64,000 nucleotides of DNA from Candidatus Iainarchaeum sp. (GCA_026413945.1 JAOAJX010000001.1:32001-96000), one strand, 5' to 3'. Shown: positions 19,864 to 30,524, counted from the first letter of the stretch. The notes: a model not told the origin generated them from the letters alone. Made by a program: numbers and translations.

Positions 19864-20642
19864 TAAGATCGTATTAAAAAGGAGCCCAAAAGGGAATTTA
19901 AAAGATACCCTGGAAGCAAAGAAATCGAAAAGAAAGGCATTGAGTATATGGCAGTTGTATATTTTGCACCCAATGCAGGGGCTACTTTCATTGTTGCCTC
20001 TGCTTGGGAAAAAATGGTTCCTGATAAGGCTGATTTCGTTGTAAAGGTAAACCTTTTGTAGCCTGGGGTAAAAGCATTTACTTTAAGTGTGATTGTCTTG
20101 GAGCTTTTAGGTGCTAAAGAAATCCTTTGTGTTGAAAACCATGTCTCTGGCAAAGAGCTTGTTATCTCAACAGTATGCTCAGCTAAGCTCTCATTGGTAA
20201 TTACCAGCTCAAATTCAGGCCCACTATTTACATTGCAATCTATGTGCGAAACATTCAAACCAGCTTTAATTAGGTCATTGCGGACATAGACTGCAAGATT
20301 AAATGATTCTTCAACACCTGTTTGCCCATCTTTCAAGGTTATTTCAGTATTATTTACCGTTGGTATTTTTTCATGAAGAGGGACTGTTAGAACCAATCTT
20401 ATTGTCTTATCTATAACTTGTGCATTATTGGGCCAAGCGCTTTTTACTGTTATGTAATCCCAATGCGAATTTGGGCTTTTCCTGTCGAATATAAAAACAA
20501 CGTTTTCGCCTGGCTGTGCATATTTTGCCTCATAGAGACCATTTTTTTCTAACACTGCTTCGTATGGGCTATTCACTATTACACTTGCGGCCACATCAAG
20601 GCACAAGAATAGCAAAAATGCAAAAATAACCTTTTTTAACAT
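19863..20642 (-). CDS. Exported Ig-like protein with a C-terminal hydrophobic segment
   Basis: Signal peptide, beta-rich body, hydrophobic C-terminus. Confidence 0.6.
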   Translation of the reverse strand: MLKKVIFAFLLFLCLDVAASVIVNSPYEAVLEKNGLYEAKYAQPGENVVFIFDRKSPNSHWDYITVKSAWPNNAQVIDKTIRLVLTVPLHEKIPTVNNTEITLKDGQTGVEESFNLAVYVRNDLIKAGLNVSHIDCNVNSGPEFELVITNESLAEHTVEITSSLPETWFSTQRISLAPKSSKTITLKVNAFTPGYKRFTFTTKSALSGTIFSQAEATMKVAPALGAKYTTAIYSMPFFSISLLPGYLLNSLLGSFLIRS

Positions 20643-20696
20643 TTAAACCACATAAGATTATAGGACGCAAAGAAAAAAATACTTAATGGTGATCTC

Positions 20697-21332
20697 TTGA
20701 GAATACTTGCGCTGAGTGATATACATCAGAGAGAAGAAAACCTGCTCTCCATTCTCAATGAAGTTCAAAAAATTAAATTAGACTTGGCAGTCATAGCTGG
20801 GGATTTGACAAATTATGGCAACGGCACTGATTCAGCCAAAATCATTGAAGCCATAAAAACGCCAAAAATATTTGCTGTTCCTGGAAACCTTGATGGAAAA
20901 GCAGTATTGGACTATCTTGAGGAAAGAAACATGTCACTGCACAATAGAAAAGCCCATTATAATGGCTTTGAATTCTGTGGGTTTGGAGGCGGCCTTTTAG
21001 GCAAAACCGGTGAATTGCTTTCATCAGAGCTTGAAATAGAAGAATGCTTGGGAAAAATAGTAACTAAGGGCAGCATACTTGTGACGCACCTGCCACCAAA
21101 AGATACGCCTCTGGATTTTACAGAGGATGAACACATAGGCAGCTCAGCAATCAAAAAAGTAATTTTAGAGAATAAGCCTTTCATGCATATATGCGGCCAC
21201 GCACATAATGCACACGGCAGAATCAAATTAGGAGAAACCATATGCATAAATGTTGCCTCGGTAAAGGATGGCTTCGCGAGCGTCATTGAAATAATGGGAA
21301 GAACAGTGCGCATCAAGAGGATATCAGTATGA
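20697..21332 (+). CDS. Calcineurin-like metallophosphoesterase
   Basis: SDIH, AGDLT, PGNLD, THLPP, CGHAH. Confidence 0.9.
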   Translation: MRILALSDIHQREENLLSILNEVQKIKLDLAVIAGDLTNYGNGTDSAKIIEAIKTPKIFAVPGNLDGKAVLDYLEERNMSLHNRKAHYNGFEFCGFGGGLLGKTGELLSSELEIEECLGKIVTKGSILVTHLPPKDTPLDFTEDEHIGSSAIKKVILENKPFMHICGHAHNAHGRIKLGETICINVASVKDGFASVIEIMGRTVRIKRISV

Positions 21333-21919
21333 GCGAAAAAACCACAAGGTTTGATATGGTGAAGGCGCGGCATAAAAGACGATTAGATGATGCAATAAAA
21401 AATGGTGAGGCTGATGAGCTTATATGTGGCCTTTGCAAATTAATCAACAGCAAAAAAAATTTTTTTACATCCTCAAGTTGTAGTGGTAGAATAATCCTTC
21501 TTGGAATCAAAGGCACTGGTAAAAAAAACGCTTATTTTCATAGGAAGTGGCACTCAAAAGTGAATTTTGCTGAGGTTTGGAGTGCTTTGAGCGAAAAAAC
21601 AAAGGGCACGATTTGGTTCAAAATGGAGTCATTCATAATTCATATTGGCGCATTAAATAAAAATGACGCATTGAAGGTGCTTGAAATAAAGAACAAGGCC
21701 GGTATAAAGAGAGGTGGCATAATATCAATGAAACCCGGCAAAATAATTGTGGAACTAATAGGGACAGAGGATATAGCAATACCTGTAAAAGTTGGCAGTA
21801 AGATCATTGTTAGTGAGAGCTTTATGCACGAAGCAGTAAACCAAGCTAACAAAAAAATGGAAGAGAACTTAAAGCGCCTCAAAGTTTTTGAAAGCGCTGT
21901 TAAAGGTGGGCTTAAATAG
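21329..21919 (+). CDS. taw3: tRNA wybutosine methyltransferase Taw3/TYW3
   Basis: FTSSSCSGRI, KWH, AGIKRGGI. Confidence 0.88.
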   Translation: MSEKTTRFDMVKARHKRRLDDAIKNGEADELICGLCKLINSKKNFFTSSSCSGRIILLGIKGTGKKNAYFHRKWHSKVNFAEVWSALSEKTKGTIWFKMESFIIHIGALNKNDALKVLEIKNKAGIKRGGIISMKPGKIIVELIGTEDIAIPVKVGSKIIVSESFMHEAVNQANKKMEENLKRLKVFESAVKGGLK

Positions 21920-21927
21920 GTTTTGGT

Positions 21928-22455
21928 ATGAGGGTTTTCATTGCAGTAAACATACCTGAGAATGTGAAAGAAGAGCTTTGGCAGAAATTCTCCGGAAAAC
22001 TTAGAAGAAAAGGAATTAAAGTTGTGGAGAGAGAAAACCTGCATATAACTTTGCTTTTTTTGGGAGAAGTACCAGAGAATTATGGAGAAATGATAAAAGC
22101 TAAACTTATGCCGTTGAGAGAGTTTGGAAAGTTTGAGTTATCATTTGGTGAGATCGGCTACTTTGAGCCAAGAGTGCTTTGGATTGGTTTTTCCTGTGGC
22201 GAAGAGAAGCTAAAGGCCTTACATAAAGAGATTTGCTATCTTTTAGGGCTTGTTGAAGAGCGCTTTTCAGCCCATCTTACAATTGCTAGAAATAAAAATC
22301 TAAATGCAAGAGATTTTTGGAACTTGGTTGAGGAGTGTAGAAAAGAAAGGATATGTGCCTCTTTTGTTGTTTCCAGCATAGATATTATGAAATCTACTTT
22401 AACAAAAGCAGGGCCGATTTATGAGAAGATAGGTGAAGTCAGGTTTAATGCTTGA
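21928..22455 (+). CDS. thpR: RNA 2',3'-cyclic phosphodiesterase (2H family)
   Basis: MRVFIAV, HITLLFLG, HLTIAR, S.LT..GPIYE. Confidence 0.92.
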   Translation: MRVFIAVNIPENVKEELWQKFSGKLRRKGIKVVERENLHITLLFLGEVPENYGEMIKAKLMPLREFGKFELSFGEIGYFEPRVLWIGFSCGEEKLKALHKEICYLLGLVEERFSAHLTIARNKNLNARDFWNLVEECRKERICASFVVSSIDIMKSTLTKAGPIYEKIGEVRFNA

Positions 22456-24010
22456 ATACTTTATCAAGTACTCCCTTTGGGTCTGTGTAGTATTGGTTTA
22501 TTATATCTTGAACTTCAGCCCATTTATTTATCTTATTTGCTAGCATCCATTCAAGAACATGTTGCCGTATTTCAACCTCTTGCATTATTTCGCTTTTAGT
22601 AAGACCAGTCGCTTCAGCAAACTTATCGAGCAATCTTGAAGGCACATCTGTTTTGTCAATAGTATCTTTGCGTTTATTCCATTCATATACATTGCTTAGT
22701 AATATTTTTTCTTCCATGTGCTCTATTTCCGCAACCTCACGAACACGCCTTATCAAACCATGTTGCTTTGTATAAACTTTAAACATAATAACGCTAATAT
22801 CAAGTAGAGGTATCATATTTAGTGGAACGTTCATTGGAGCTGACTTGAGTCGCAAAATCATTTCTCTTGCTGTATTAGAGTGCAGCGTGCCCAAAAGCCC
22901 TTTGTGACCAGTGTCCATAGCAACAAACATTGTTTGGGCTTCTTCGCCACGAACTTCACCAACAATTAGCCTATCTGGCCTCATACGAAGAGCATTTTTA
23001 AGCAAATCATCCATTGAGACTTCACCAAGGTTCATTATTTTGGGCCTTGATTCAAGTTGTATTATGTTCTCTCTCTCCCCAAGATCTAACTCAAGTGTGT
23101 CCTCTATGCATATTATGCGCTCCTCAGGTCTTATGAACGAACAAAGGGCATTAAGCAGTGTTGTTTTACCTGACCCTGCTCCACCACTTATTATCATATT
23201 TGCTGGGCTTAAGCGTATTCCCTCAACTGCTAACCATAAGAAAGCTGCAACTTCTGGACTAAGCGTTCTTTTTTCTATAAGCTCTATTATCGATATTGGA
23301 TTTTTATTGAATTTTCTTATTGTGAGTGTATAACCAAAAGGTGTGACACTTTTAAAAGTAGCATTCACTCTGGAGCCGCCTGGAAGTCGTGCATCCAAAA
23401 GCGGGTGCTCCTCATCGAAGGCCTTGCCAATTGTTCCAGCTATTCTGCTTATCAGCCTATACAAAGTTTGCTCTGTTTCAATTATAACATTTGTTTTGCA
23501 AGTGCCATACTTTTTATGGAATACAAAAACCGGCTTTCCTTTACCATTGATCATTATTTCCTCAAGGTTTTCATCTTCCATAAAAGGCTCGAGGAAACTG
23601 TAGCCAACGGAATCACCCAAAATTCTTGAGATTATTTCTTCTTTCTTTTCGATATCGGGAAAAAATTCGTTGAAGAGTTTTAACATTGCTTTTTGCAGCT
23701 CTTTATAAGTTTCATCAGAAGGCAGCTTGGTAAGCAGTTGGTTAACTTCTATTGTTTGCACAATTTCCCTGTTAAAGCGCTCTGCAAAATCTTCTGCGCT
23801 TTCTATTGGCATAACTGCACTTAGTTCCTCGATTGAATATGAGCGCTTGACTGCGCTGGACAAAAAATCGATAAAGCGTTGTTGCTCATTCGTGAACATA
23901 TTTGTCTTAACGGAATATAATTTGTAAGGAAACCCGTTGTAAATGGTCACCTGGCCGTATGACTCAATGAGTTCATCTTTGCTTGTAGAGGCCTTTTTTT
24001 CTTGCATCAC
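22445..24010 (-). CDS. Type II/IV secretion (pilus assembly) ATPase, CpaF/TadA/VirB11 family
   Basis: LEEIMING, GGAGSGKTT, IEDTLEL, LRMRPDRLIVGEVRG, TGH, TLH. Confidence 0.92.
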   Translation of the reverse strand: MMQEKKASTSKDELIESYGQVTIYNGFPYKLYSVKTNMFTNEQQRFIDFLSSAVKRSYSIEELSAVMPIESAEDFAERFNREIVQTIEVNQLLTKLPSDETYKELQKAMLKLFNEFFPDIEKKEEIISRILGDSVGYSFLEPFMEDENLEEIMINGKGKPVFVFHKKYGTCKTNVIIETEQTLYRLISRIAGTIGKAFDEEHPLLDARLPGGSRVNATFKSVTPFGYTLTIRKFNKNPISIIELIEKRTLSPEVAAFLWLAVEGIRLSPANMIISGGAGSGKTTLLNALCSFIRPEERIICIEDTLELDLGERENIIQLESRPKIMNLGEVSMDDLLKNALRMRPDRLIVGEVRGEEAQTMFVAMDTGHKGLLGTLHSNTAREMILRLKSAPMNVPLNMIPLLDISVIMFKVYTKQHGLIRRVREVAEIEHMEEKILLSNVYEWNKRKDTIDKTDVPSRLLDKFAEATGLTKSEIMQEVEIRQHVLEWMLANKINKWAEVQDIINQYYTDPKGVLDKVFKH

Positions 24011-24072
24011 ATCACTTTAAATTTCCAAATATAATTAAAAGGTTTTCAATATTAAAAGGTTACTGTGGTTGT

Positions 24073-25437
24073 ATGGACGGAAAAATAGAAAAGATAATCG
24101 AGAGAGTTTCAAGTAAAATCACTCCAAATGAAGAGGAAAAGAATAAAGAGCTTGAAGTAGTTAGAAAGATGATAAAAAGAATTTCTGGCCTTAGAGAAGA
24201 TGTAAAGGCTTTACTTTGCGGTTCTTTAGCGAGAGATACACACTTAAAAGGAGAGAGAGACCTTGACATATTTGTGCTTTTCAATAAACATATGCCAAAA
24301 GAAGAGTTTGAAAAAGAGGGTATAAAAATTGGGCTCGAAGCTCTTGCTGGTTACGAGCATTGGTTAGAATATAGTGAACATCCCTATGTCAAAGGCATAG
24401 TTGATGGTTATGAAGTTGAGATTGTTCCTTGTTATAAGGTAGATGCTGCATGTGAGCTTAAGAGTTCTGTGGATAGATCACCTTTTCATGCAAAGTTCTT
24501 GAAGAGAAAGTTAAAGCCTGAACAAAAAAAAGAAGCACGTCTCTTGAAAGCTTTTATGAAAGGAGTTGGCTGTTATGGCGCAGACATATCTACAGAGGGC
24601 TTTTCAGGATATCTTACAGAGCTATTAATATTAAAGTACGGAGATTTTATAAGCTGTGTAAAAGCAGCATCTAATTGGAGGCCTGGCATAAAAGTGGCAC
24701 TAGAAGAAAGGCATTCGCGGAAGTGTAAAGCGATTGGCAATCTTGTCTTTCCAGATCCGACAGATCCGAAAAGGAACGTTGCCTCAGCTGTGAGTTTAGA
24801 GCAATTTGCAAGGTTTGTTGCTGCAAGCAAATCATTTCTTAAAAAACCTTCAGAAAAATTCTTTTTTGGTCAGAAAAAGCAAAAAGTAAGCAAAGCTGAT
24901 GCCTTAAGAAAACTAAAGAAGCATAACTTGGTAGTTGTTAAAATATGCCTCAAATCACTTGAAGGACATGACACGATACTTGGGCAAATGAAAAGGTTCA
25001 AAAACCTGGTGTCTGGCTGGCTAAAAAGAAATGGTTTTATGGTATTGAATGAAGAGATAATCAACTTAGAAAATACAGTATACTGTGCAATTGAAGTTGA
25101 AGAAAAAAAGCTGGGCAAATTCAAGAAGATTGTGGGGCCACCAGTGTTTGATGAAAAAAATGTAGCAGCCTTCCTCAAAAAGCACAAAAAAATTGTTTCT
25201 GGTCCAAGGATAGAGAATGATCGCGTGGTTATTGTTGAGGAAGCCAAGGGAAGAATAGATTACCTCGTAGCAAAAGAGGTTGTTGATTTTCTTTCAAAAA
25301 GAGGCAAAGAACCGCTAAAATCGCTCTTGAAAAGCGCAAAAGTGCTTGAGGGAAAAACACTTATCAGGGAGTTGGAAAAAAGCAACTTCAGGGAAGCGCT
25401 ACTTGAGTTTGTCATTGGCAAAGAGGTTTTCTTTTAG
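24073..25437 (+). CDS. cca: Archaeal (class I) CCA-adding enzyme
   Basis: GSLARDTHL...DLDIF, YSEHPYV, SVDRSPFH, GFSGYLTELL, DPTDPKRNVA. Confidence 0.95.
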   Translation: MDGKIEKIIERVSSKITPNEEEKNKELEVVRKMIKRISGLREDVKALLCGSLARDTHLKGERDLDIFVLFNKHMPKEEFEKEGIKIGLEALAGYEHWLEYSEHPYVKGIVDGYEVEIVPCYKVDAACELKSSVDRSPFHAKFLKRKLKPEQKKEARLLKAFMKGVGCYGADISTEGFSGYLTELLILKYGDFISCVKAASNWRPGIKVALEERHSRKCKAIGNLVFPDPTDPKRNVASAVSLEQFARFVAASKSFLKKPSEKFFFGQKKQKVSKADALRKLKKHNLVVVKICLKSLEGHDTILGQMKRFKNLVSGWLKRNGFMVLNEEIINLENTVYCAIEVEEKKLGKFKKIVGPPVFDEKNVAAFLKKHKKIVSGPRIENDRVVIVEEAKGRIDYLVAKEVVDFLSKRGKEPLKSLLKSAKVLEGKTLIRELEKSNFREALLEFVIGKEVFF

Positions 25438-25449
25438 TTTTATTTTTTA

Positions 25450-25544
25450 TGGCCCCGGGGGGGTTCGAACCCTCAACCTGCCGGTATCTTCAAATTAAAG
25501 GAGCTTCCGAAGCCGGCTGCTCTATCCTATTGAGCTACGGGGCC
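25450..25544 (-). tRNA. tRNA-Arg(TCG) with a 21-nt intron at position 37/38 (25486-25506)
   Basis: Acceptor GGCCCCG/CGGGGCC, anticodon stem GCCGG/CCGGC, bulge-helix-bulge with a CTTC/GAAG helix and GGA/ATA bulges. Confidence 0.9.
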
Positions 25545-25607
25545 TGTCGAACTATTTAAAAATATAGTGTTAAAAGAATTAATAATTACTGCTACTTAGG
25601 TGAAAAT

Positions 25608-25763
25608 ATGAAAAAATGTGGAACTTGCAACGTTAGCGTTACTAATGACTATGTGGAGTTTAAATGCCCAAACTGCCTAAAGGCAACCATAATAAGGTGT
25701 GACGGCTGCAGAAAAAAAGGCAAGCTTTACAAATGCCGTGAGTGTGGATTTGTTGGTCCTTAA
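25608..25763 (+). CDS. Small Zn-ribbon protein (DUF1610/HVO_2753-like); not in the ORF track
   Basis: MKKCGTC...FKCPNC...RCDGCRK...YKCRECGFVGP, 51 aa, AGGTGA RBS, typical position upstream of EF-1beta. Confidence 0.9.
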   Translation: MKKCGTCNVSVTNDYVEFKCPNCLKATIIRCDGCRKKGKLYKCRECGFVGP

Positions 25764-25780
25764 AACCAAAAGGTGATTTT

Positions 25781-26038
25781 ATGGCAGAAAACATAGCTGT
25801 TTATAGGATAATGCCAGAAGAGCCGGGTTATGAAAATGAAATAAAGAAAAAGCTTACAGGCATTAAGGTTGCGAATCTTAAAGATATTAAAATAGAGCCA
25901 TTTGCCTTTGGCATAAATGCAATAAATGCTGTTTTTGTTTTAGAGGAGCGCGAAGGTGCTCTGGATACTCTTGAAGAAGAAATAAAAAAAATAAAGCATG
26001 TAAGTGATGTTCGCCTTGAGCATATAAGTAGGATATGA
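25781..26038 (+). CDS. ef1b: Translation elongation factor 1-beta
   Basis: IMPE...EPFAFGINA...LEEEI..I..V; GGTGA RBS before ATG 25781. Confidence 0.9.
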   Translation: MAENIAVYRIMPEEPGYENEIKKKLTGIKVANLKDIKIEPFAFGINAINAVFVLEEREGALDTLEEEIKKIKHVSDVRLEHISRI

Positions 26039-26078
26039 ATGAATTGTAATTTAAAGAATAATTTATAACAATGTTTTT

Positions 26079-28469
26079 ATGATAAAGAAAGTTTTAATTG
26101 AAAATTGGCGCTCACACAAAAGAACCGAGCTAGAATTTGGGAAGGGTAGCAACGTCTTAATAGGGCGCATGGGTGCTGGAAAAAGCAGCGTATTGAATGC
26201 TATTTGTTTCGCTTTTTTTGGCACATATCCTGAGTTGCAACGCAGAGAAACTAACGTTGAAAATATAATCATGAGCAGGCCTAACAAACAAGATTATGCA
26301 AGGGTTGTACTTGACTTTAGCTTTGATGGCAAAAACTATTCTATTGAGAGAAAAATCTACTCTGGCAGCAAGATAAATGAGGCTAAGCTATGCTGTGAGG
26401 GAAAACTTATTGCTGGGCCAAAAGTAAGCGATGTTAACAACGAAATTGAGAAAAGGTTGGGTATTGATTATGAACTTTTCAGCCGTGCGATGTACGCGGA
26501 ACAAAATAATATCGATTATATATTAAAGCTTACTCCAAATGAGAGGAAGATCAGATTTGATCAGTTGCTCGACCTAGAAAAATATGAGAAAGTAAGAAAA
26601 AATGCAGTTACTCTGAGAAACACTCTCAAAGCACTCTCAGAAGACAGAAAGGCAGCCCTTTCTGAGATTAAAGCAATGTTCTCAGAGTCTGATCTTTTGG
26701 CGCTTCAGAGAGAGGTTGAAGAGCTTAAAAAGTTGATTGAACAAAAACAGGCATTGCTAAGAGATATTGAAAAAGAGGTTGAAAAAGCAAAGGAAGATAT
26801 GAATGAGATTATTGAAAAGCAGAAAAAGTATTCGAAACTAAAAGATGAAATAGCACAGCTCAAAGGGCGCATTTCAATGCTTAAGAAAGAAATTGAAAGG
26901 AATGAAAAAATAGTCGGTACAAGCGTTGCTAATCTAAAAAAAGATTCTGTCGAAGCAAAGATTTCCAGTCTAGAAGGTAAGAAAAAAGATCTTGCAAAAA
27001 AAACGGATGAGCTAAATGAGATCAGAGCAAAAATTAGGGAGAGAAAAGCAAGGTTGACGAGTATAATGGAAGAAAACGAACGCTTGAAAGCTGCGATGCC
27101 AAAAGACGCTGCAAGCCCTGAACAAATCATTGAAAAGCTGAAATACAATGAAAAAGTATTTTTTGAGATTGAGTCAGAAATTAAATCTTTAAAGAAAGAG
27201 ACGGTAAAAAGCGAAGAGGAGCTAACAAAAATTAAAGAAAGAGTAGAGGTAGAAAAAAACAAAATTTATGAAGCTCAGGAAAAAATAAAGGCCTTGGAAA
27301 AAGCAGGGGCTTTGTGCCCAACATGTAGCCAGAAGCTTACTGATGAACACAAAAAAAGATTGCTAAAAGAATTCAATAAAATAATTGAGGACACGAACTC
27401 GAAAATAAAAAGTGCAACTGAAATTTCAGAAAAAATCTCTGAGAAAATTAAAGTCTATGAGAATAGATATGACGAGGCTAGCAAAAAGCAGAAGGCACTT
27501 ATTGAAGAAAAGGCTTATTTGCAGAGCCTTAATGAAAAAGCCAAGAGAATACAAGAAAACGAAAATGCTTTGGCTGGTCTTGTTGGCGAGATTTCTGAAC
27601 TAGAGTCAAAAGAAAGAGGCTTTGTTGATATCAGGACAGAGCTTGAAGACCTACAAATAAAGTTGGATTGTGCTAAAGTCGAGCTTGAACTCACAAATTA
27701 TGCTGGTATGCTCACAGAAAGTGAAGAAAAATTAGCACTTGTAGAGAAAGAAATTTTTTCACTGGGATTTGATGAATCGAAAGCGCTCGATATAAAAGCA
27801 AATTTTGAGAGAAAAAATGCTGAAAAACGGGCTTTAGAAGATGCTATAGACTCTAGCAAATCTATTTTGGCTGAGAAAAAGCGCAGGCAGGATGAGTTGG
27901 AAAGAAGAAGTCAACAGATTAAAGCTCTAGAAGGCAAAATAACTGCGAGCGAGATGATGGCTGAGAAGATCCTGCTATTCATAAATGCAATCAAGTCAGC
28001 TCAGGCTGAGCTTAGGGAAACACTTATAGATGCTATAAATCAAGCCATGAATCAGCTTTGGACGAGCATATATCCTTATAGCGATTATTCTGAAATAAGG
28101 CTTTCTGCCTCTGAAACTTATGAGCTCATGGTAAAAAGCAATGGTAATTGGATAAGCGTACAAGGTAATCTTAGCGGTGGTGAGACAAGCGTCGCTGCTT
28201 TGGTTCTCAGGATTTCAACGTCACTCGTTCTTGCCAGGAGCTTAAGGGTTCTTATACTTGATGAACCAACACACAATCTTGATGAAAGAACTATTGAAGT
28301 TTTAAGTGGTTTGGTAAAGGAAATACTTCCGAGATTTGTGGAGCAAATATTTCTTATAACACATGAGAGAGGCATGGAAAAAGCGGCAAGTGCAACATTG
28401 TATATGTTAAGCAAAGATGAGGAGCATGGAAATGTTACAAAAGCAGAGCTTATCTCTTTGATTTCTTAG
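26079..28469 (+). CDS. rad50: Rad50/SbcC-type SMC ATPase
   Basis: GRMGAGKSS Walker A, coiled coils, CPTC Zn-hook, LSGGE, ILDEPTHNLD, ITH. Confidence 0.9.
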   Translation: MIKKVLIENWRSHKRTELEFGKGSNVLIGRMGAGKSSVLNAICFAFFGTYPELQRRETNVENIIMSRPNKQDYARVVLDFSFDGKNYSIERKIYSGSKINEAKLCCEGKLIAGPKVSDVNNEIEKRLGIDYELFSRAMYAEQNNIDYILKLTPNERKIRFDQLLDLEKYEKVRKNAVTLRNTLKALSEDRKAALSEIKAMFSESDLLALQREVEELKKLIEQKQALLRDIEKEVEKAKEDMNEIIEKQKKYSKLKDEIAQLKGRISMLKKEIERNEKIVGTSVANLKKDSVEAKISSLEGKKKDLAKKTDELNEIRAKIRERKARLTSIMEENERLKAAMPKDAASPEQIIEKLKYNEKVFFEIESEIKSLKKETVKSEEELTKIKERVEVEKNKIYEAQEKIKALEKAGALCPTCSQKLTDEHKKRLLKEFNKIIEDTNSKIKSATEISEKISEKIKVYENRYDEASKKQKALIEEKAYLQSLNEKAKRIQENENALAGLVGEISELESKERGFVDIRTELEDLQIKLDCAKVELELTNYAGMLTESEEKLALVEKEIFSLGFDESKALDIKANFERKNAEKRALEDAIDSSKSILAEKKRRQDELERRSQQIKALEGKITASEMMAEKILLFINAIKSAQAELRETLIDAINQAMNQLWTSIYPYSDYSEIRLSASETYELMVKSNGNWISVQGNLSGGETSVAALVLRISTSLVLARSLRVLILDEPTHNLDERTIEVLSGLVKEILPRFVEQIFLITHERGMEKAASATLYMLSKDEEHGNVTKAELISLIS

Positions 28470-28669
28470 CTCGTTTCTTTTGTTTGTGATAGTTTAATAA
28501 GCCTTGCGATGTAGCTAGCAGTTAGGTTTATTTCAAGTTTGGTAAGCTGAACTCCAAGATCTTTTAAAGAGGCCTTATTTTTTTCAAAATCAGTGGAAAA
28601 TTTGTTAGGATATAGTTCAAGAAGCTCTTTTGCTCTGTTTTTTATTATCCTAGGAACTGCTTTGCCCAT
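28466..28669 (-). CDS. rps17e: 30S ribosomal protein S17e
   Basis: MGK...IKNRAKELLELYP.KFSTDFEKNK. Confidence 0.9.
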   Translation of the reverse strand: MGKAVPRIIKNRAKELLELYPNKFSTDFEKNKASLKDLGVQLTKLEINLTASYIARLIKLSQTKETS

Positions 28670-28677
28670 AAAATCAC

Positions 28678-28881
28678 CTAAATTTCAACTTTTTCAAAAG
28701 TGCCATCAGCATATGTCCTTATCACTGCTATTGGCAAAACTTTCTGTTCAAACTCTTTCTTTGCTACGCTTATTGATGTTTCATCCTTATCTGGTTTTAT
28801 TAGTGGTGGCGCACCTAATGATAATTGTAGTGCACGCGCACCAATAATTCTTGCAATTTCAAATCTTGTGAGCTTTTTCAT
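28678..28881 (-). CDS. rpoK: RNA polymerase subunit K (Rpo6)
   Basis: LTRFEIARIIGARALQLSLGAP. Confidence 0.95.
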   Translation of the reverse strand: MKKLTRFEIARIIGARALQLSLGAPPLIKPDKDETSISVAKKEFEQKVLPIAVIRTYADGTFEKVEI

Positions 28882-28975
28882 GGGAACACCGCTAAAAGCA
28901 GATAATATTGAGATGTGTGTGGAAAGGATTAAAAAATTATATTTTTGGTATTTATGCTACAAAAATCGTAAAAAG

Positions 28976-30511
28976 TTAGAGAAAAGAATGTGCTTCATTA
29001 TCGGATTCTAACTTATTCTTCTCAAATTTAATCGCTGCTTCCTCAAGCGTTTGCTCATGCTTTGAAGGCATTGAGCGCCTTTTTCTTACCTTAAAAAATA
29101 AAGGGTAGCCAACAGCCTCACCTATGAGGAGCGCTTCTCCGACATGAAGAGAAGTTATCATGTCCATGCTGATTTGATCTATAGCTTCTGCTGACTGAGC
29201 AATATGTTTGAGATCATAGGGGTTTGTTATCCTGAGGATTATCTTTGTGTTGCATTGACTTAGTGCAGTAGTATCTAGTTGCACAGGTCTTTGTGATATA
29301 AGACAAAGACACGCACCGAACTTGCGCCCTTCTCTAGCAATAGTTCTTATTATGCTACGTGAGATGGCATTCTCTTCCTTTGTCTTTTCTGGGCAAAATT
29401 GATGGCTTTCTTCTATAATGAGTAAGAAGGGCGGAATTTTACCTTTGCATCTCAGACTGAAAAGTTCCTGTGAAAAATAGCAGAGTATCATCTGCTTTTT
29501 TCTCACATCAATAATGTCAGAGAGGTCAACTACTGTTAGCTTACCAGCTTGTGCTATGTTGCTCAAACCTGGCGAGTCTGTCTTTGAAAAAAGGTGCATT
29601 GCATCTAATTCCTCTAGCCATGACAATAGGGCTTCTTTTGTGTTTTCCTGAATTTTGGAATCTTTAATCTCTTTTATCAGATCTTTTAAGTCAAAGGGAC
29701 CGGATCCATCATGCATTTCCTCTTTCAGCTTTAAGAAAGTTTTATCAAAAGTTCTGCGCTGTACTGTGCTAAGGCTTGAAGCAATTATTGAAATTACTCT
29801 TGGACTTAAGTTTGATACTCCAATTCTTATGTTTGATCCTTTAATAAGAACAGTTTTGCTGCTATAATCAGTATAACCTTTTTCTGCTGGCTCAGCAAAG
29901 CTAGTATATTCTCCATGCGGATCGAAGACAACACAAGCGATTCTTCCAAGGTCTTTTTTTCTGTCTAATAGCTCTTCAAAAAGCACAGATGCACAATATG
30001 ATTTTCCTGCACCGCTTATACTCAATATTGCAAGGTGCTTTTTTAGCAATTTTGTCATGTTCAGTATTACTGGCAAATTATTTGCTTCAACATCGCCCAA
30101 ATACAAGCCATTTTTATCCATTTGATAAAAGCTTTCCAAAAGCGAATTATCCGCAGAATAAACCTTGCTTCCTGGCATGGGTGGCACATATACTCTTTTG
30201 GCTTTTTCTTCTGAGAAAATACTGAGAAGCTTTGCTTCTGCAACAGTATACTCCCATTCGCTTGTTGGAAATTGCTCAAGAATTGAAGTTCCTCGCAGCT
30301 CAAATTCCTTAACTGAGTCAGCCCTCTCGAAGTATTTATTTGTTTTGTAGATACTCACAACAAGTGAAAGAATAGTGCCTTCTGGAGAGTTGATTTTAAC
30401 AAACTGTCCTTTTCTCACTTCTTTTGAGGTTAAGACGAAACAAAAGCGCTCAGTGTTGGGTGAATCTGGGGTAGATATTACAATGCCGAGATAATCTTCA
30501 TTCGCGTTCAT
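28976..30511 (-). CDS. herA: HerA helicase/translocase
   Basis: N-terminal HAS barrel, HLAILSISGAGKS, DPHGEY, IEESHQF, REGRKFG, SQRP; adjacent to nurA. Confidence 0.9.
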   Translation of the reverse strand: MNANEDYLGIVISTPDSPNTERFCFVLTSKEVRKGQFVKINSPEGTILSLVVSIYKTNKYFERADSVKEFELRGTSILEQFPTSEWEYTVAEAKLLSIFSEEKAKRVYVPPMPGSKVYSADNSLLESFYQMDKNGLYLGDVEANNLPVILNMTKLLKKHLAILSISGAGKSYCASVLFEELLDRKKDLGRIACVVFDPHGEYTSFAEPAEKGYTDYSSKTVLIKGSNIRIGVSNLSPRVISIIASSLSTVQRRTFDKTFLKLKEEMHDGSGPFDLKDLIKEIKDSKIQENTKEALLSWLEELDAMHLFSKTDSPGLSNIAQAGKLTVVDLSDIIDVRKKQMILCYFSQELFSLRCKGKIPPFLLIIEESHQFCPEKTKEENAISRSIIRTIAREGRKFGACLCLISQRPVQLDTTALSQCNTKIILRITNPYDLKHIAQSAEAIDQISMDMITSLHVGEALLIGEAVGYPLFFKVRKRRSMPSKHEQTLEEAAIKFEKNKLESDNEAHSFL

Positions 30512-30524
30512 AAGACCACAAACA

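Noticed and set aside
20697-21332. Metallophosphoesterase as the missing Mre11
   Set aside because: At 211 aa it is too short, has no capping or Rad50-binding region, and sits in a taw3/thpR operon.
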